A stretch of DNA of 48,176 nucleotides from Alphaproteobacteria bacterium (GCA_051888155.1 JBJFAY010000153.1:1-48176); one strand, 5' to 3'. Shown: positions 24,662 through 33,447, counted from the stretch's first letter. Numbers and translations are program-made. The notes: generated by a model from the letters alone, not told the origin.

Positions 24662-25234
24662 ATGCAGGATTTGATAAACGCGCGCTGCGGTTGGGCGGGG
24701 ACGGACGAGTTATACGTTAAATACCATGATGAAGAATGGGGACGGCCGGTGACTGACGACCGGGTGTTGTTTGAATTTTTGGTTCTTGAAAGCGCTCAGG
24801 CCGGTCTGTCATGGATCAGTATTTTGAAAAGACGCGAAGGATACCGGAAGGCTTTCTGCCAATTCGACGTGCGGAAGGTAGCGCAAATGTCGCCGGAAGA
24901 TATTGACCGCCTGATGCGGTTTGACGGTATTATCAAAAATCGTTTGAAAATCAAATGCACGGTTGATAACGCAAAACAGTTTATCGCCGTGCAAAAGGAA
25001 TTCGGAAGTTTTTATAACTATATTGTGTCGTTTTTTCCTGAAAAACCGCCGCTGGTTCATCACTTTCAGACTTTGGATCAAATTCCGGCGACGTCTGAAC
25101 AATCGGACGCGATCAGCAAAGACATGAAAAAACGCGGCTTTAAATTTTTCGGTTCGACGCTTTGCTATGCGTTTTTGCAGTCCGCAGGTTTTGTGAACGA
25201 TCATCTGGAAGGCTGTTTTTGCAAAAACCGTTAA
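24662..25234 (+). CDS. tag: DNA-3-methyladenine glycosylase I
   Basis: RCGWAGTDELYVKYHDEEWGRPVTDDRVLFEFLVLESAQAGLSWISILKRREGYRKAF is the canonical Tag N-terminal block. Confidence 0.9.
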   Translation: MQDLINARCGWAGTDELYVKYHDEEWGRPVTDDRVLFEFLVLESAQAGLSWISILKRREGYRKAFCQFDVRKVAQMSPEDIDRLMRFDGIIKNRLKIKCTVDNAKQFIAVQKEFGSFYNYIVSFFPEKPPLVHHFQTLDQIPATSEQSDAISKDMKKRGFKFFGSTLCYAFLQSAGFVNDHLEGCFCKNR

Positions 25235-25251
25235 AAACATAAATATGCAAA

Positions 25252-25278
25252 AAGGCAACGCTTTAAAAGCGTTGCCTT
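25252..25278. terminator. Bidirectional terminator hairpin between tag and the alpha/beta hydrolase gene
   Basis: ggcaacgc / tttaaaa / gcgttgcc with flanking A- and T-rich runs. Confidence 0.65.
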
Positions 25279-25301
25279 GATACCAAGAGAAAATTTCTTA
25301 A

Positions 25302-26369
25302 TTATTGCCCGTTTAAATTTTCCTTGAAGAACCGCTCCATTTTATCAAACGGAATGACGTCCGTTTTGTAATACAAATCCGTATGATTCGCATCAGGGAT
25401 AATCATCAGTTCCTTGTTGTTTCCGGTAAGTTTTTTAAAAGAGTCTTCCGAAAAATAACGGCTGTGCGCTTTTTCGCCGTGTATCATTAAAACCGGATTT
25501 TTGATCGTATGACTGTACGCCAAAATCGGCTGCGTAATTAAAGACAGAGCTGAAGTCGTATTCCACGCGCCGTTTGAACCGATTGAACGTTTGTGAAACC
25601 CGAGCGGCGTTTTGTAATAATTGACATAGTCTTTGAGAAATTGCGGTTCGTCGCCGTTCAGCTTGTCCGGCAGCGGCGCCGCTTTGGCGTAAGTATTGCT
25701 TTTGGCGTCCAGAGTGCGCTGGTTGTTCAAACTTTCGCGCATTTTATACAGCTCTTCTTCCGACATGGAATCGTTATATCCTTTGGCCGAAACACGGGTC
25801 ATGTCATACATTGTGGAAGTTACCGTCGCTTTTATTCTTGTGTCTTGCGCAGCCGCGTTTAATCCGAAACCGCCAAAGCCGCAAATGCCGATAATGCCGA
25901 TTTTTTCGGGATCAACTTCGGGCAGCGTCGTCAAATAATCGACCGCGGCGCTGAAATCGTCGGTATTAATATCGGGAGAGGCGACGTCGCGGACAGCTCC
26001 TCCGCTTTCTCCGGTAAAAGACGGGTCGAAAGCAAGAGTGATAAAACCTCTTTCCGCCAAAGTCTGCGCGTACAGCCCCGAAACCTGTTCCTTGACCGCG
26101 CCGAAAGGTCCCGAAACCGCTATCGCGGGCAACGGAGCGTCCTTTTTGTTTTTAGGAATGTACAAATCGCCGACCAGCGTAACGCCGAAACGGTTTTTAA
26201 ACATAACTTTGCGCGTGTCGACCCGATCGCTTTTTTGAAAAACTTTATCCCATTCCTTTGTCGGAACCGGCGGGTTTCCGGTATCTTTTCGCGGACAGAA
26301 ACAATAAAAAGCGGCGGCGGTTAATAAAGCGCCGACGGCTGCGGAGCCTAAAATTGCAAACATTTTCAT
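25302..26369 (-). CDS. Alpha/beta hydrolase (dienelactone-hydrolase-like, Cys nucleophile elbow) with signal anchor
   Basis: GIIGICGFGGFG is a G-x-C-x-G elbow. C-terminal VLMIHGEKAHS and NHTDLY blocks. Start moved to ATG 26369 (MKMFAILGSAAVG, AGAGGAAG RBS) because the track start at 26417 lies inside the predicted promoter. Confidence 0.8.
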   Translation of the reverse strand: MKMFAILGSAAVGALLTAAAFYCFCPRKDTGNPPVPTKEWDKVFQKSDRVDTRKVMFKNRFGVTLVGDLYIPKNKKDAPLPAIAVSGPFGAVKEQVSGLYAQTLAERGFITLAFDPSFTGESGGAVRDVASPDINTDDFSAAVDYLTTLPEVDPEKIGIIGICGFGGFGLNAAAQDTRIKATVTSTMYDMTRVSAKGYNDSMSEEELYKMRESLNNQRTLDAKSNTYAKAAPLPDKLNGDEPQFLKDYVNYYKTPLGFHKRSIGSNGAWNTTSALSLITQPILAYSHTIKNPVLMIHGEKAHSRYFSEDSFKKLTGNNKELMIIPDANHTDLYYKTDVIPFDKMERFFKENLNGQ

Positions 26370-26407
26370 TTTCTTCCTCTTTTCAGAATGACAACGATAT
26401 CTTTTTA

Positions 26408-26438
26408 CCGCTAACATTTAAAGTCAACTTTAAGTCAA
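26408..26438 (-). promoter_or_regulatory. MerR-type promoter/operator for the alpha/beta hydrolase gene
   Basis: Minus strand reads TTGACT, then a 19-nt spacer taaagttgactttaaatgt, then TAGCGG (a weak -10). Perfect dyad TTAAAGTCAACTTTAA. Confidence 0.5.
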
Positions 26439-26561
26439 GAGTTTTTATATTAAAACCGGCTGATTTTTTTGTCAGTGTATTTTTGCATGAAAAAACAGCG
26501 CCCTAAAAAGAGCGCCGTTTATACCGGAAAAGCTTAATTTGCAATTATCGGGTTCAAGTTT

Positions 26562-27020
26562 TTAATGCGTATGAAAAACTTTAGTTAAAATTTTCCATTT
26601 ACCGTTATCTTTAAGCAATAAGAACATATCGGAGAATCTAGCGCCATGCCAGTTGTTTGATTCAACTCTTGCATAAGCAATATTATCGGCAATATCAATA
26701 GACGTAATTTCTGCTTCAATCTCAGGCGCAGCGGGATTGTTATCAATGTAGTCAAACAAGGCCTTTATCTCTCCGCCATTAATTGCTCCATTATCGGCGT
26801 TATACATAATGGCGTCTTTATAAAAAGCCGGCTTCATAATTTCACTTTTGCCTTTTTTCCCTGCTTCCAAATATTTGTTAAGCGTGTCTTTAACTTCCTG
26901 ATAATCACTGACAGAAACCATAGATTTATCTCCTTTGTCATTGTTTACACTGATATCGGCAGCTTTTGCTGATGTAATTGAAATTTCAAGGATTGCTAAA
27001 AATAATATTTTCTTGAACAT
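26562..27020 (-). CDS. NTF2-like (SnoaL / lumazine-binding-like) protein with signal peptide
   Basis: 152 aa. Signal MFKKILFLAILEISITSAKA. VKDTLNKYLEAGKKG...ITSIDIADNIAYARVE...FSDMFLLLKDNGKWKILTKVF fits the NTF2-like cone pattern. Confidence 0.65.
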   Translation of the reverse strand: MFKKILFLAILEISITSAKAADISVNNDKGDKSMVSVSDYQEVKDTLNKYLEAGKKGKSEIMKPAFYKDAIMYNADNGAINGGEIKALFDYIDNNPAAPEIEAEITSIDIADNIAYARVESNNWHGARFSDMFLLLKDNGKWKILTKVFHTH

Positions 27021-27125
27021 CTCTCAGCTCCTAAAAATTTCTTGAACACTTAAATGTAGGAATATATAGTATAAAAAATCAATACTAACAATTTTGTTTC
27101 ATACTAATCTAAAAGAGAGTGTAAA

Positions 27126-27461
27126 ATGACGCAATGTATCACTCCGAATACCAAACTGGAAAACACCGGTTTTGGCTACACTTTGTCGCTTATTGGCGGA
27201 AAATATAAAATGATAGTGCTATATTGGCTTGGTGAATTTGGTATCCTGCGTCATAATGCTTTACATAGGCTTATTGGCAAAATATCTTTTAAAATGCTTA
27301 GCACCACCTTAAAAGAATTGGAACGGGACGGGCTGATAAGTCGCAAAGTATATCCTGAACTTCCGCCCAAAGTAGAATACAGTTTAACGGAAAAAGGCAA
27401 ATCCCTTATTCCAATGCTCTTTGCGCTTTGCGAATGGGGCGATAACAACCGTCCTAAATAA
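27126..27461 (+). CDS. HxlR-family winged-helix transcriptional regulator
   Basis: LSLIGGKYKMIVLYWL...LRHNALHRLIGKISFKMLSTTLKELERDGLISRKVYPELPPKVEYSLTEKGKSL is the canonical HxlR layout. Confidence 0.88.
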   Translation: MTQCITPNTKLENTGFGYTLSLIGGKYKMIVLYWLGEFGILRHNALHRLIGKISFKMLSTTLKELERDGLISRKVYPELPPKVEYSLTEKGKSLIPMLFALCEWGDNNRPK

Positions 27462-27602
27462 CCCCGATGACCTAACGAGATTTCAACGTACTCAAGGTAT
27501 TGAAAAACAAAGATTTTTGCATAAATGAGTTCGTAAAAACTTCTCAAAACGTAATTTTCAAAAAACAAACTTTTGAACTTGCTGAGGGTCTGGGAAAATA
27601 AA

Positions 27603-27632
27603 GAAAAAGCAGCCCTTTTACCGGCTGCTGTT
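27603..27632 (-). terminator. Rho-independent terminator downstream of tRNA-Glu
   Basis: Minus strand reads cagcagcc / ggtaaaag / ggctgct followed by ttttctttatttt. Confidence 0.7.
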
Positions 27633-27637
27633 TGAAT

Positions 27638-27713
27638 TGGCGACCCTAACGGGACTTGAACCCGTGTTGACACCTTGAGAGGGTGCTGTCCTAACCAATT
27701 AGACGATAGGGTC
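27638..27713 (-). tRNA. tRNA-Glu (CUC)
   Basis: The 76-nt reverse complement folds as GACCCTA-TC-GTCT-AATTGGTTA-GGAC-A-GCACC-CTCTCAA-GGTGT-CAAC-ACGGG-TTCAAGT-CCCGT-TAGGGTC-G-CCA. Anticodon is CTC and CCA is encoded. Confidence 0.88.
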
Positions 27714-27730
27714 ATACAGTACTTTCTTTT

Positions 27731-27759
27731 TGTATAAATCTGTCCGTTTCATGCGTCAA
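27731..27759 (-). promoter_or_regulatory. Sigma70-type promoter for tRNA-Glu
   Basis: Minus strand reads TTGACG, 17-nt spacer, TATACA, ending about 17 nt upstream of the tRNA 5' end. Confidence 0.5.
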
Positions 27760-27876
27760 CAGGTTTTCATTATATAGCTTTTTTTCCTGTCGTTTTAGCC
27801 GTTTCGGCAGGCTTACAGCCGGTCGGTCGGCGTTTATAATTAGTTCGGTTTTATTTCATTTTTGTAGGAGGTCTAT

Positions 27877-28686
27877 ATGTTTTCATGCCGATTGAAAACC
27901 TGTCCGGTGTCTTTGCTGTTCAGATCCTTTTATGATAAATTGCTGGCTGAAGGATATATTCTTGCCGGACACGGAATCGGATTTTCTCCGTTGTTTGTGC
28001 TGGCGGTGTTGTCTGCTTTGGTCTATGCCGTTTATTCGATTTTGTTCCTGAATGCATTTTCTCCGGAAATAATTACTGAAAAAGTTGTGGATCTGCCGAC
28101 GATTGAAATCCGGGACGGAAAAATTGTCGAACCTGAAAACTTTTTTCAGCGTTTCGCCTTGGGAAACGGCATGCACCTGACTTTGGATACGACCGGAGAT
28201 ACCGAAATTATCAAAGATCCGTCTCCCAATGAAATTTATGTTTCAAAAGACGGAGTGCAGTTCGTTAAGGGACAAAAAGTTGAATTAATGCCGATCAGCA
28301 AGCTCTTGGGAACGGACAACATAACGATTACGGCGCAGAATATAACGGATTTTGTCAATAGAGCCACTGATGAAATGACATTCGTTATGCCGTTGTTCGT
28401 CTTTTTGATCGCTATACCGGTTTTGTTCCTTAAGTATGTTGTTTTGGTTTACATTCTGGCGCTGTTTTCATATATAGCGACATTGTTTTCAAAGGCTTCT
28501 CTTCATTTCGAAGCCAGAATGAGACTGGCGGCCGTTTCGGCGATTCCGGTGCTCGTATTTAATTTCTTTTTCGGAACATTGTTCGGGTTATTCGATTTAG
28601 GGGTAATCGCGGGGGTTATTATTACGTTGGTTTACCTTTATTTCTATATTTCCCAAATGCCGGTTCAACAGACGGCGGAAGAATAA
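27877..28686 (+). CDS. DUF1189-like polytopic membrane protein, paralogue 1
   Basis: 269 aa. AGGAGG RBS. N-terminal TM, extracytoplasmic block DLPTIEIRDGKIVEPENF (resembles the lP.F.i.nG.L block of DUF1189/MalA-like proteins), then 3-4 C-terminal TM segments. Same architecture as 28767-29552. Confidence 0.6.
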   Translation: MFSCRLKTCPVSLLFRSFYDKLLAEGYILAGHGIGFSPLFVLAVLSALVYAVYSILFLNAFSPEIITEKVVDLPTIEIRDGKIVEPENFFQRFALGNGMHLTLDTTGDTEIIKDPSPNEIYVSKDGVQFVKGQKVELMPISKLLGTDNITITAQNITDFVNRATDEMTFVMPLFVFLIAIPVLFLKYVVLVYILALFSYIATLFSKASLHFEARMRLAAVSAIPVLVFNFFFGTLFGLFDLGVIAGVIITLVYLYFYISQMPVQQTAEE

Positions 28687-28766
28687 CAAAACGATTTTCC
28701 GATTGCTAAAAAGAAACATTTGCGTGTACACTTTGTAACTGATTGATGTTGCAAACCGGAGCGCAA

Positions 28767-29552
28767 ATGTTTTCTTTTCTTTATCGTGTTTTTTATGACA
28801 GGACGTTGTTCGGATCGTTTGTTAAAAACGGTAAAGGTTATGGTTTAAAACCGCTGTTCGTCTTGACATTGTTCGCAGCGTTTTGCCTGTCGGTCAGAAT
28901 TTTTTTAATCTTTTGTGCCGTAACGCCGCAGCTGGTTGATCAGATCGCGGAACAACTGCCTGAAATCATTATTGAAAAAGGAAAAATTGTTTCTCCGGAA
29001 AATTATGAATATTCTTATGTCCTTGCGGATCAAAATGTCTTTTTTGTCTTTGATACGACCGAAAAACCCCTGAAGTTGAAAGATTTGCCGAAAAACGGCA
29101 TTTATATTACTTCTGATGCGTTAATTTCCGTTAATGCGGATAGAATCAGGCGGATTCCTTTTGTTCAACTGCTGAATGGAAAAAACTTGATTCTTAATCA
29201 AACGAATATGCGGCAGTGGGGAAATGAAACAATTTCTTTGTTTCGCATTATATTCCCGCCGATTTTGTTCTTTTTCAGTATTCCGGGGGTGTTGAGTCTG
29301 TATTTTCTGCTGTGTGTGTTTTATGCGGTTATTTCATACTTTATGACGCATATTACCGCAGACCGTCTGCAGTGGGATCAAAGAATGCGGCTGGCGGCTT
29401 TATCCGTTATGCCGGCTTGTATATTAAATGCCGTCGGCTTTTTGTTGGGCTGTTCTTTCCGGCTTAGCAGAATAGAAATCTTTATTACGTTGATTTATAT
29501 GTTCTGTTTTTTAAAAGACGGCCGTCGCACTGCGGCTTCCGGCGCTGATTAA
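28767..29552 (+). CDS. DUF1189-like polytopic membrane protein, paralogue 2
   Basis: ATG 28767 with a GGAG RBS (the track start at 28743 is a TTG). MFSFLYRVFYDRTLF... and QLPEIIIEKGKIVSPENY parallel paralogue 1. Confidence 0.6.
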   Translation: MFSFLYRVFYDRTLFGSFVKNGKGYGLKPLFVLTLFAAFCLSVRIFLIFCAVTPQLVDQIAEQLPEIIIEKGKIVSPENYEYSYVLADQNVFFVFDTTEKPLKLKDLPKNGIYITSDALISVNADRIRRIPFVQLLNGKNLILNQTNMRQWGNETISLFRIIFPPILFFFSIPGVLSLYFLLCVFYAVISYFMTHITADRLQWDQRMRLAALSVMPACILNAVGFLLGCSFRLSRIEIFITLIYMFCFLKDGRRTAASGAD

Positions 29553-29983
29553 AACAGTTCGTCTACAAATAAATACAACGCTTCCGAAAAAGTCGGAAAA
29601 CTGCAGCTGTCTGAAAAATCCAAACGGTTAATAATATGGTATTTTTGATCAATGCTGTCATAGACGAATAATTCTTCCGCTGCGCGCCCTAACAGCAGCT
29701 TTCCCCGCATCGGAGCCGCTTGCTGAAATTCCAGATTGGCTTCAATCAGTCCCGGCAGCGTATAACCCAGCGCTTCTCTGTCATTAGCCCGCGTCCCGTA
29801 TAATTCCACGCCGTTCCAGCTCAGGCCGTCCGTTTGTTTTAATAACGCAATATAATCTACGGGAACAGGCGGAAAACGGTGCGAAGACAGCAAAGAGCTG
29901 ATAAAACGCAGAGATCGTTCGTCTACAGGGTCAAAAAAAGTACCGTTGTCTTTTCTTAAAGTATTTAAAATTCTTGTCAGCAT
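29549..29983 (-). CDS. SMI1/KNR4 (SUKH)-like protein, putative immunity protein
   Basis: 144 aa. FPPVPVDYIALLKQTDGLSWNGVELYG ... LLLGRAAEELFVYDSIDQKYHII follows the SUKH-1 pattern (lP.dY..fl...nG ... l..fg..g...y.yd). Starts 4 nt after the HNH-like gene. Confidence 0.5.
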   Translation of the reverse strand: MLTRILNTLRKDNGTFFDPVDERSLRFISSLLSSHRFPPVPVDYIALLKQTDGLSWNGVELYGTRANDREALGYTLPGLIEANLEFQQAAPMRGKLLLGRAAEELFVYDSIDQKYHIINRLDFSDSCSFPTFSEALYLFVDELF

Positions 29984-29987
29984 TTCC

Positions 29988-31094
29988 CTAACGCCCCAAA
30001 GAAGATTTCTGCGCGATCATTTCAAACGTACTTTCCAAGAATCCGGCATAAACGCTTCTGTCATGACGGCTGGTTCCTCCGGAAGAGATTTCAATTTCAC
30101 CCGGGAAATAAACTTTTCCTTTCGGTGCAGGCAAAAATAACTTGCGCGGTTTAAAATTCGGCTGCGCCAGAGTCTGCATATCAAGGAATCTGTGGATTTC
30201 CGTATGAAAAGGGTGCGTCTGAATCAAAACCAGATTTGAAAAACTGTTTGTTCCGCCATAATCAAACGGAATACGGATATGGATATTGAAATTTTCGGGC
30301 GCTTTTCCTTTTTTGACCAGTTTAATTGCTTCTTCCGTCATGCCGGCGGCCAATAATTCATTTACATGATGATAACCGACATACTTTAAAAAATCGCGCC
30401 GGGTTCTTTTAAAAGCCTTGCGTAATTCCAGCAGCCAAGCGGAATCCAAGGGAACAAATTCGGCTTCAATCAAATCCATATTAACCAGTCCGGTTTGCTG
30501 AAACTGCCATTCCCACAAAGCTTTGTCTTCCTGTCTGGGGTCGGACATGACAGGCGTCTGCGCCGTTTGCGGCTGTTGCGCGGCATAGGGCTGGGCATAA
30601 GACTGAGGAGCTTGAGGCACATATGACTGATAAGACTGTGATGCCTGCGATCCGTATGGATGAGGCGCATACGGCTGCTGCGGATAAGGCATATAAGGCT
30701 GCGGGTGTCCCGGATAAGGCTGAGTCGCATACGGCTGTTGCTGCGGATAAGGCATGTAAGGCTGCGTCGGATAGGGCGTTCCCGCATACCCCGGCGGCGC
30801 CTGAGGCGGCATAACGGGACGCTGCTGGTATGGCTGAGATACAGGAGACTGTTGCGGATAAGATGGCGGTACGGCAGAATACGACGACTGAGGTGCCGGA
30901 ATATCCAGCGGATCCGGATAAGCCGACGCCGGCGCTGTCGGCGGTAAAGTTCTGTAAGCGCGGGAATCTCTGTAAATCGGCACGGGACGAATTTCACGGC
31001 GCACAGGCGTCACACCTTGATTCTGTGCTTCTTCTGCGGCTTCACCCCGTGAACGTACGGGCGGCGGTGTTTTAGTTCCCGACCAATCCCACAT
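29988..31094 (-). CDS. Bipartite protein: Pro/Gln/Tyr-rich low-complexity N-terminal half plus C-terminal HNH/EndoVII-like domain (putative nuclease toxin/effector)
   Basis: 368 aa. GGGGGA RBS. Residues about 45-185 are PYPQQ-type low complexity. Residues 270-305 read NIHIRIPFDYGGTNSFSNLVLIQTHPFHTEIH, which fits H-x3-P-x3-GG-x5-NL-x2-L...H-x3-H. Confidence 0.5.
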   Translation of the reverse strand: MWDWSGTKTPPPVRSRGEAAEEAQNQGVTPVRREIRPVPIYRDSRAYRTLPPTAPASAYPDPLDIPAPQSSYSAVPPSYPQQSPVSQPYQQRPVMPPQAPPGYAGTPYPTQPYMPYPQQQPYATQPYPGHPQPYMPYPQQPYAPHPYGSQASQSYQSYVPQAPQSYAQPYAAQQPQTAQTPVMSDPRQEDKALWEWQFQQTGLVNMDLIEAEFVPLDSAWLLELRKAFKRTRRDFLKYVGYHHVNELLAAGMTEEAIKLVKKGKAPENFNIHIRIPFDYGGTNSFSNLVLIQTHPFHTEIHRFLDMQTLAQPNFKPRKLFLPAPKGKVYFPGEIEISSGGTSRHDRSVYAGFLESTFEMIAQKSSLGR

Positions 31095-31128
31095 TTTTCC
31101 CCCGTTTCAAATATCCTGTTAAAAAGGA

Positions 31129-33447
31129 CTAGAACTTTTCATCAATAAAGTCGTCGTAATTTTCGTTATCGTATTCTCCTTCTTCCCCCTCATCTTCGTC
31201 GTCGTCGTAGCCTTCTTCATCTTCGTCGAAATCATCAATATCATATTCCTGATATTCTTTGATAAGTTCGTCCGTACTATCTTCTTCTTCCTCTTCCGCG
31301 ATATCTATCAATCCCTGCAATGCATTGACGTCCGTATCTTCACGCTGTGCGACAACCCAGTATGGCACGAACGGGGAAGGCGGAATATTACATTTTCTTG
31401 TCATTTCTTTGTCTAAAAACCAACGCGGCGCATCTGCCATAATCGGGCGGTTCATGAAACCTTGCATTAAAACGATTTGCTGCGTTGAAGGCAAAGACAA
31501 CATTTGCGAAGCGCCGATTACGGCCGTTCCCTGTAAAGAACGCGAAACGTTGGCCGAAAAAGGAGTCGCCTGTTTCGACCAACCTTCTGTTCTTGATTTC
31601 GAAGCGATTTCAACCGTTTTTGTCCCGATCATTTTTTCAAAACGCTGTGCGGTCTGTTCGTTGTTCTGTGACAAAATAATTTTAGCCGCCGTCGTGGAAA
31701 TAATCGTTTCCAAGTCGTCTTTTCCGTATTGGCCGGAAATTTGCCCCAAATCTTGCCCGATTAACAGATAAGACACTTTTTGACCACGCCCGACCGCCGG
31801 TCCGTCTTTTACTGCCCCCAATTTGGGCATTTGCGGAAATTCGTCGAGTACAAATAAAGTCGGAAACGGTCCGGTCATTGATCCGTCGCCTTGTTTGAAA
31901 TTCGGCGGATTAGCAATCAGGAAGTTACTCATCAATTCAACGAACGTGCCCGTAATAATATTCAAAGCGCGGGCGTCAACCTGGTTCACGGACAAATAAA
32001 TCGCAATGGATTTCATTTCTCCGGTAATCGGATCTTTCATACCGCGCAAATCTTTAAAAATAAAGTCGCTCATTTTTGTTCTGGAACGTACGGCAGAGTT
32101 TTTGAAAATACCGATACCGGTCAGCGCCGTTGATAAAATAGATCCGCGTTCTTTGTCCGGCGTTCCCGACAGTTGGTTTAATTCAACAACGGCACGGTGG
32201 GCGTAGCCGTATCGTTTACATTCCGCAACGGCTTGGTCCAGCATGTCGCGCATCGGGTCGGCCAGTGCGGCCATTTGATCGCCTTCTTCTGTCTTGCGTT
32301 TGATTTCCGCCGCCATTTGCATTTGCGCTTCGGTCAGCCAGTCCAAAATCATGGCAATACACGGTTCTGCTCCCACCCATGATTCCGGCAGCATTTCCCA
32401 TGTGCCGATCGGAACATAGTTGTTTAAATCCAGTGTGCCGTTGCGCAGGTGATCCAAAGCTTCGGCCGCGTCGGCGTCCGTCATGTCCATATAATATCCT
32501 TCAAGGACTTCGCGGTCTTTATCGTCCAGCTTTCCTTCATAAAGCTTTCCAATGAAGTAGTCATTAGCTCTGGCGCGTTCGCATTTACCGACAACGAAAT
32601 GAATAAAGCCGGTTAATGCATTTCGGCCGGTCTTTGCCCAGTGCGGGTCTGCCCCGCCTTTAGGTTCTTCGACCAAAACGTTGACCATGGAATCGACATA
32701 CATATCGCGTGCCGGGCCGAACGGAGGCAGACATGTACCGGACAACATATTCCAACTGGGATAATAAATTCCTTTTTCCGGTTCGTCTTCAGCCCCCCAG
32801 TTAATGACGAAAACAGGGCCGATAGTCTGTCTGTAACCGCTTGTTTTATAACATAATTCAGGCTTCGGGTCGTTTACGATGATGCTGATATTGTTTGATT
32901 CGAAAATTGTAGGCATAACGACGCCGACCGTTTTACCTGTTCCCGGAGGCGCCAGCACCAAAACGGACAATGTTTCCGGCAACCGCAACAACTTGCCGTG
33001 CCAGCGCCCCAAAACGACGATAAAACCTCTGAACAATCCCATTTTTTCAATATCTTTTTTAGTGGCAATGCGTCCTGAGCCATGAATGGTTGATAACCAG
33101 GAATGCGGATTTGTCACCAGTCCCGTTGTCAGAATAGCAAAAAAAGAAAAGAACGGGATTATCGGCAGCCAGAAATAAAAAGGCAGAGAACTATGCGCTT
33201 TAAAAGCTTTCATCAGCCATTTCCAATAAATATTCAGCAGGTACATATCCGTGGGATCGAAGCATTTTTTTGCAAAACGCCAAACCTGCAGCATATTATC
33301 CTGACTGATTCCCCGAGGAATCAGATTCGTCAGTGCAAAAGCAATAATCGCAAGCAGATAAGATACAACAAGAGCAAGCATGACCGTAACGACCACCCAT
33401 TGTATTGCGGCATCTCTTTCTGCCCATTCCTCTCCTTTTCTTGCCAT
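31129..33447 (-). CDS. virD4: Type IV secretion coupling protein (VirD4/TraG family) with highly acidic C-terminal tail
   Basis: 772 aa. N-terminal TM segments. HGSGRIATKKDIEKMGL, Walker A VLVLAPPGTGKTVGVVMPT, IVNDPKPE, Walker B LFVLDEFPQMPKL, LLIGQDLGQISGQYG. The last ~60 residues are almost entirely Asp/Glu/Tyr. Confidence 0.85.
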   Translation of the reverse strand: MARKGEEWAERDAAIQWVVVTVMLALVVSYLLAIIAFALTNLIPRGISQDNMLQVWRFAKKCFDPTDMYLLNIYWKWLMKAFKAHSSLPFYFWLPIIPFFSFFAILTTGLVTNPHSWLSTIHGSGRIATKKDIEKMGLFRGFIVVLGRWHGKLLRLPETLSVLVLAPPGTGKTVGVVMPTIFESNNISIIVNDPKPELCYKTSGYRQTIGPVFVINWGAEDEPEKGIYYPSWNMLSGTCLPPFGPARDMYVDSMVNVLVEEPKGGADPHWAKTGRNALTGFIHFVVGKCERARANDYFIGKLYEGKLDDKDREVLEGYYMDMTDADAAEALDHLRNGTLDLNNYVPIGTWEMLPESWVGAEPCIAMILDWLTEAQMQMAAEIKRKTEEGDQMAALADPMRDMLDQAVAECKRYGYAHRAVVELNQLSGTPDKERGSILSTALTGIGIFKNSAVRSRTKMSDFIFKDLRGMKDPITGEMKSIAIYLSVNQVDARALNIITGTFVELMSNFLIANPPNFKQGDGSMTGPFPTLFVLDEFPQMPKLGAVKDGPAVGRGQKVSYLLIGQDLGQISGQYGKDDLETIISTTAAKIILSQNNEQTAQRFEKMIGTKTVEIASKSRTEGWSKQATPFSANVSRSLQGTAVIGASQMLSLPSTQQIVLMQGFMNRPIMADAPRWFLDKEMTRKCNIPPSPFVPYWVVAQREDTDVNALQGLIDIAEEEEEDSTDELIKEYQEYDIDDFDEDEEGYDDDEDEGEEGEYDNENYDDFIDEKF

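Noticed and set aside
27638-27713. tRNA-Glu as the attachment site of an integrated island carrying the T4SS locus.
   Set aside because: - The T4SS genes lie on the 5' (promoter) side of the tRNA, whereas tRNA-targeting islands normally insert at the 3' end.
- I found no direct repeat of the tRNA 3' segment elsewhere in the window.
- I found no integrase.

The functional switch at this point is real, but the integration mechanism is unsupported.
30470-30997. Alternative-frame ORFs over the Pro/Gln/Tyr-rich region (30470..30997 minus; 30623..30814, 30660..30947 and 30830..31075 plus).
   Set aside because: They are by-products of the low-complexity repeat. Only the 29988..31094 frame has an RBS, continues into a structured C-terminal domain, and abuts the downstream gene.
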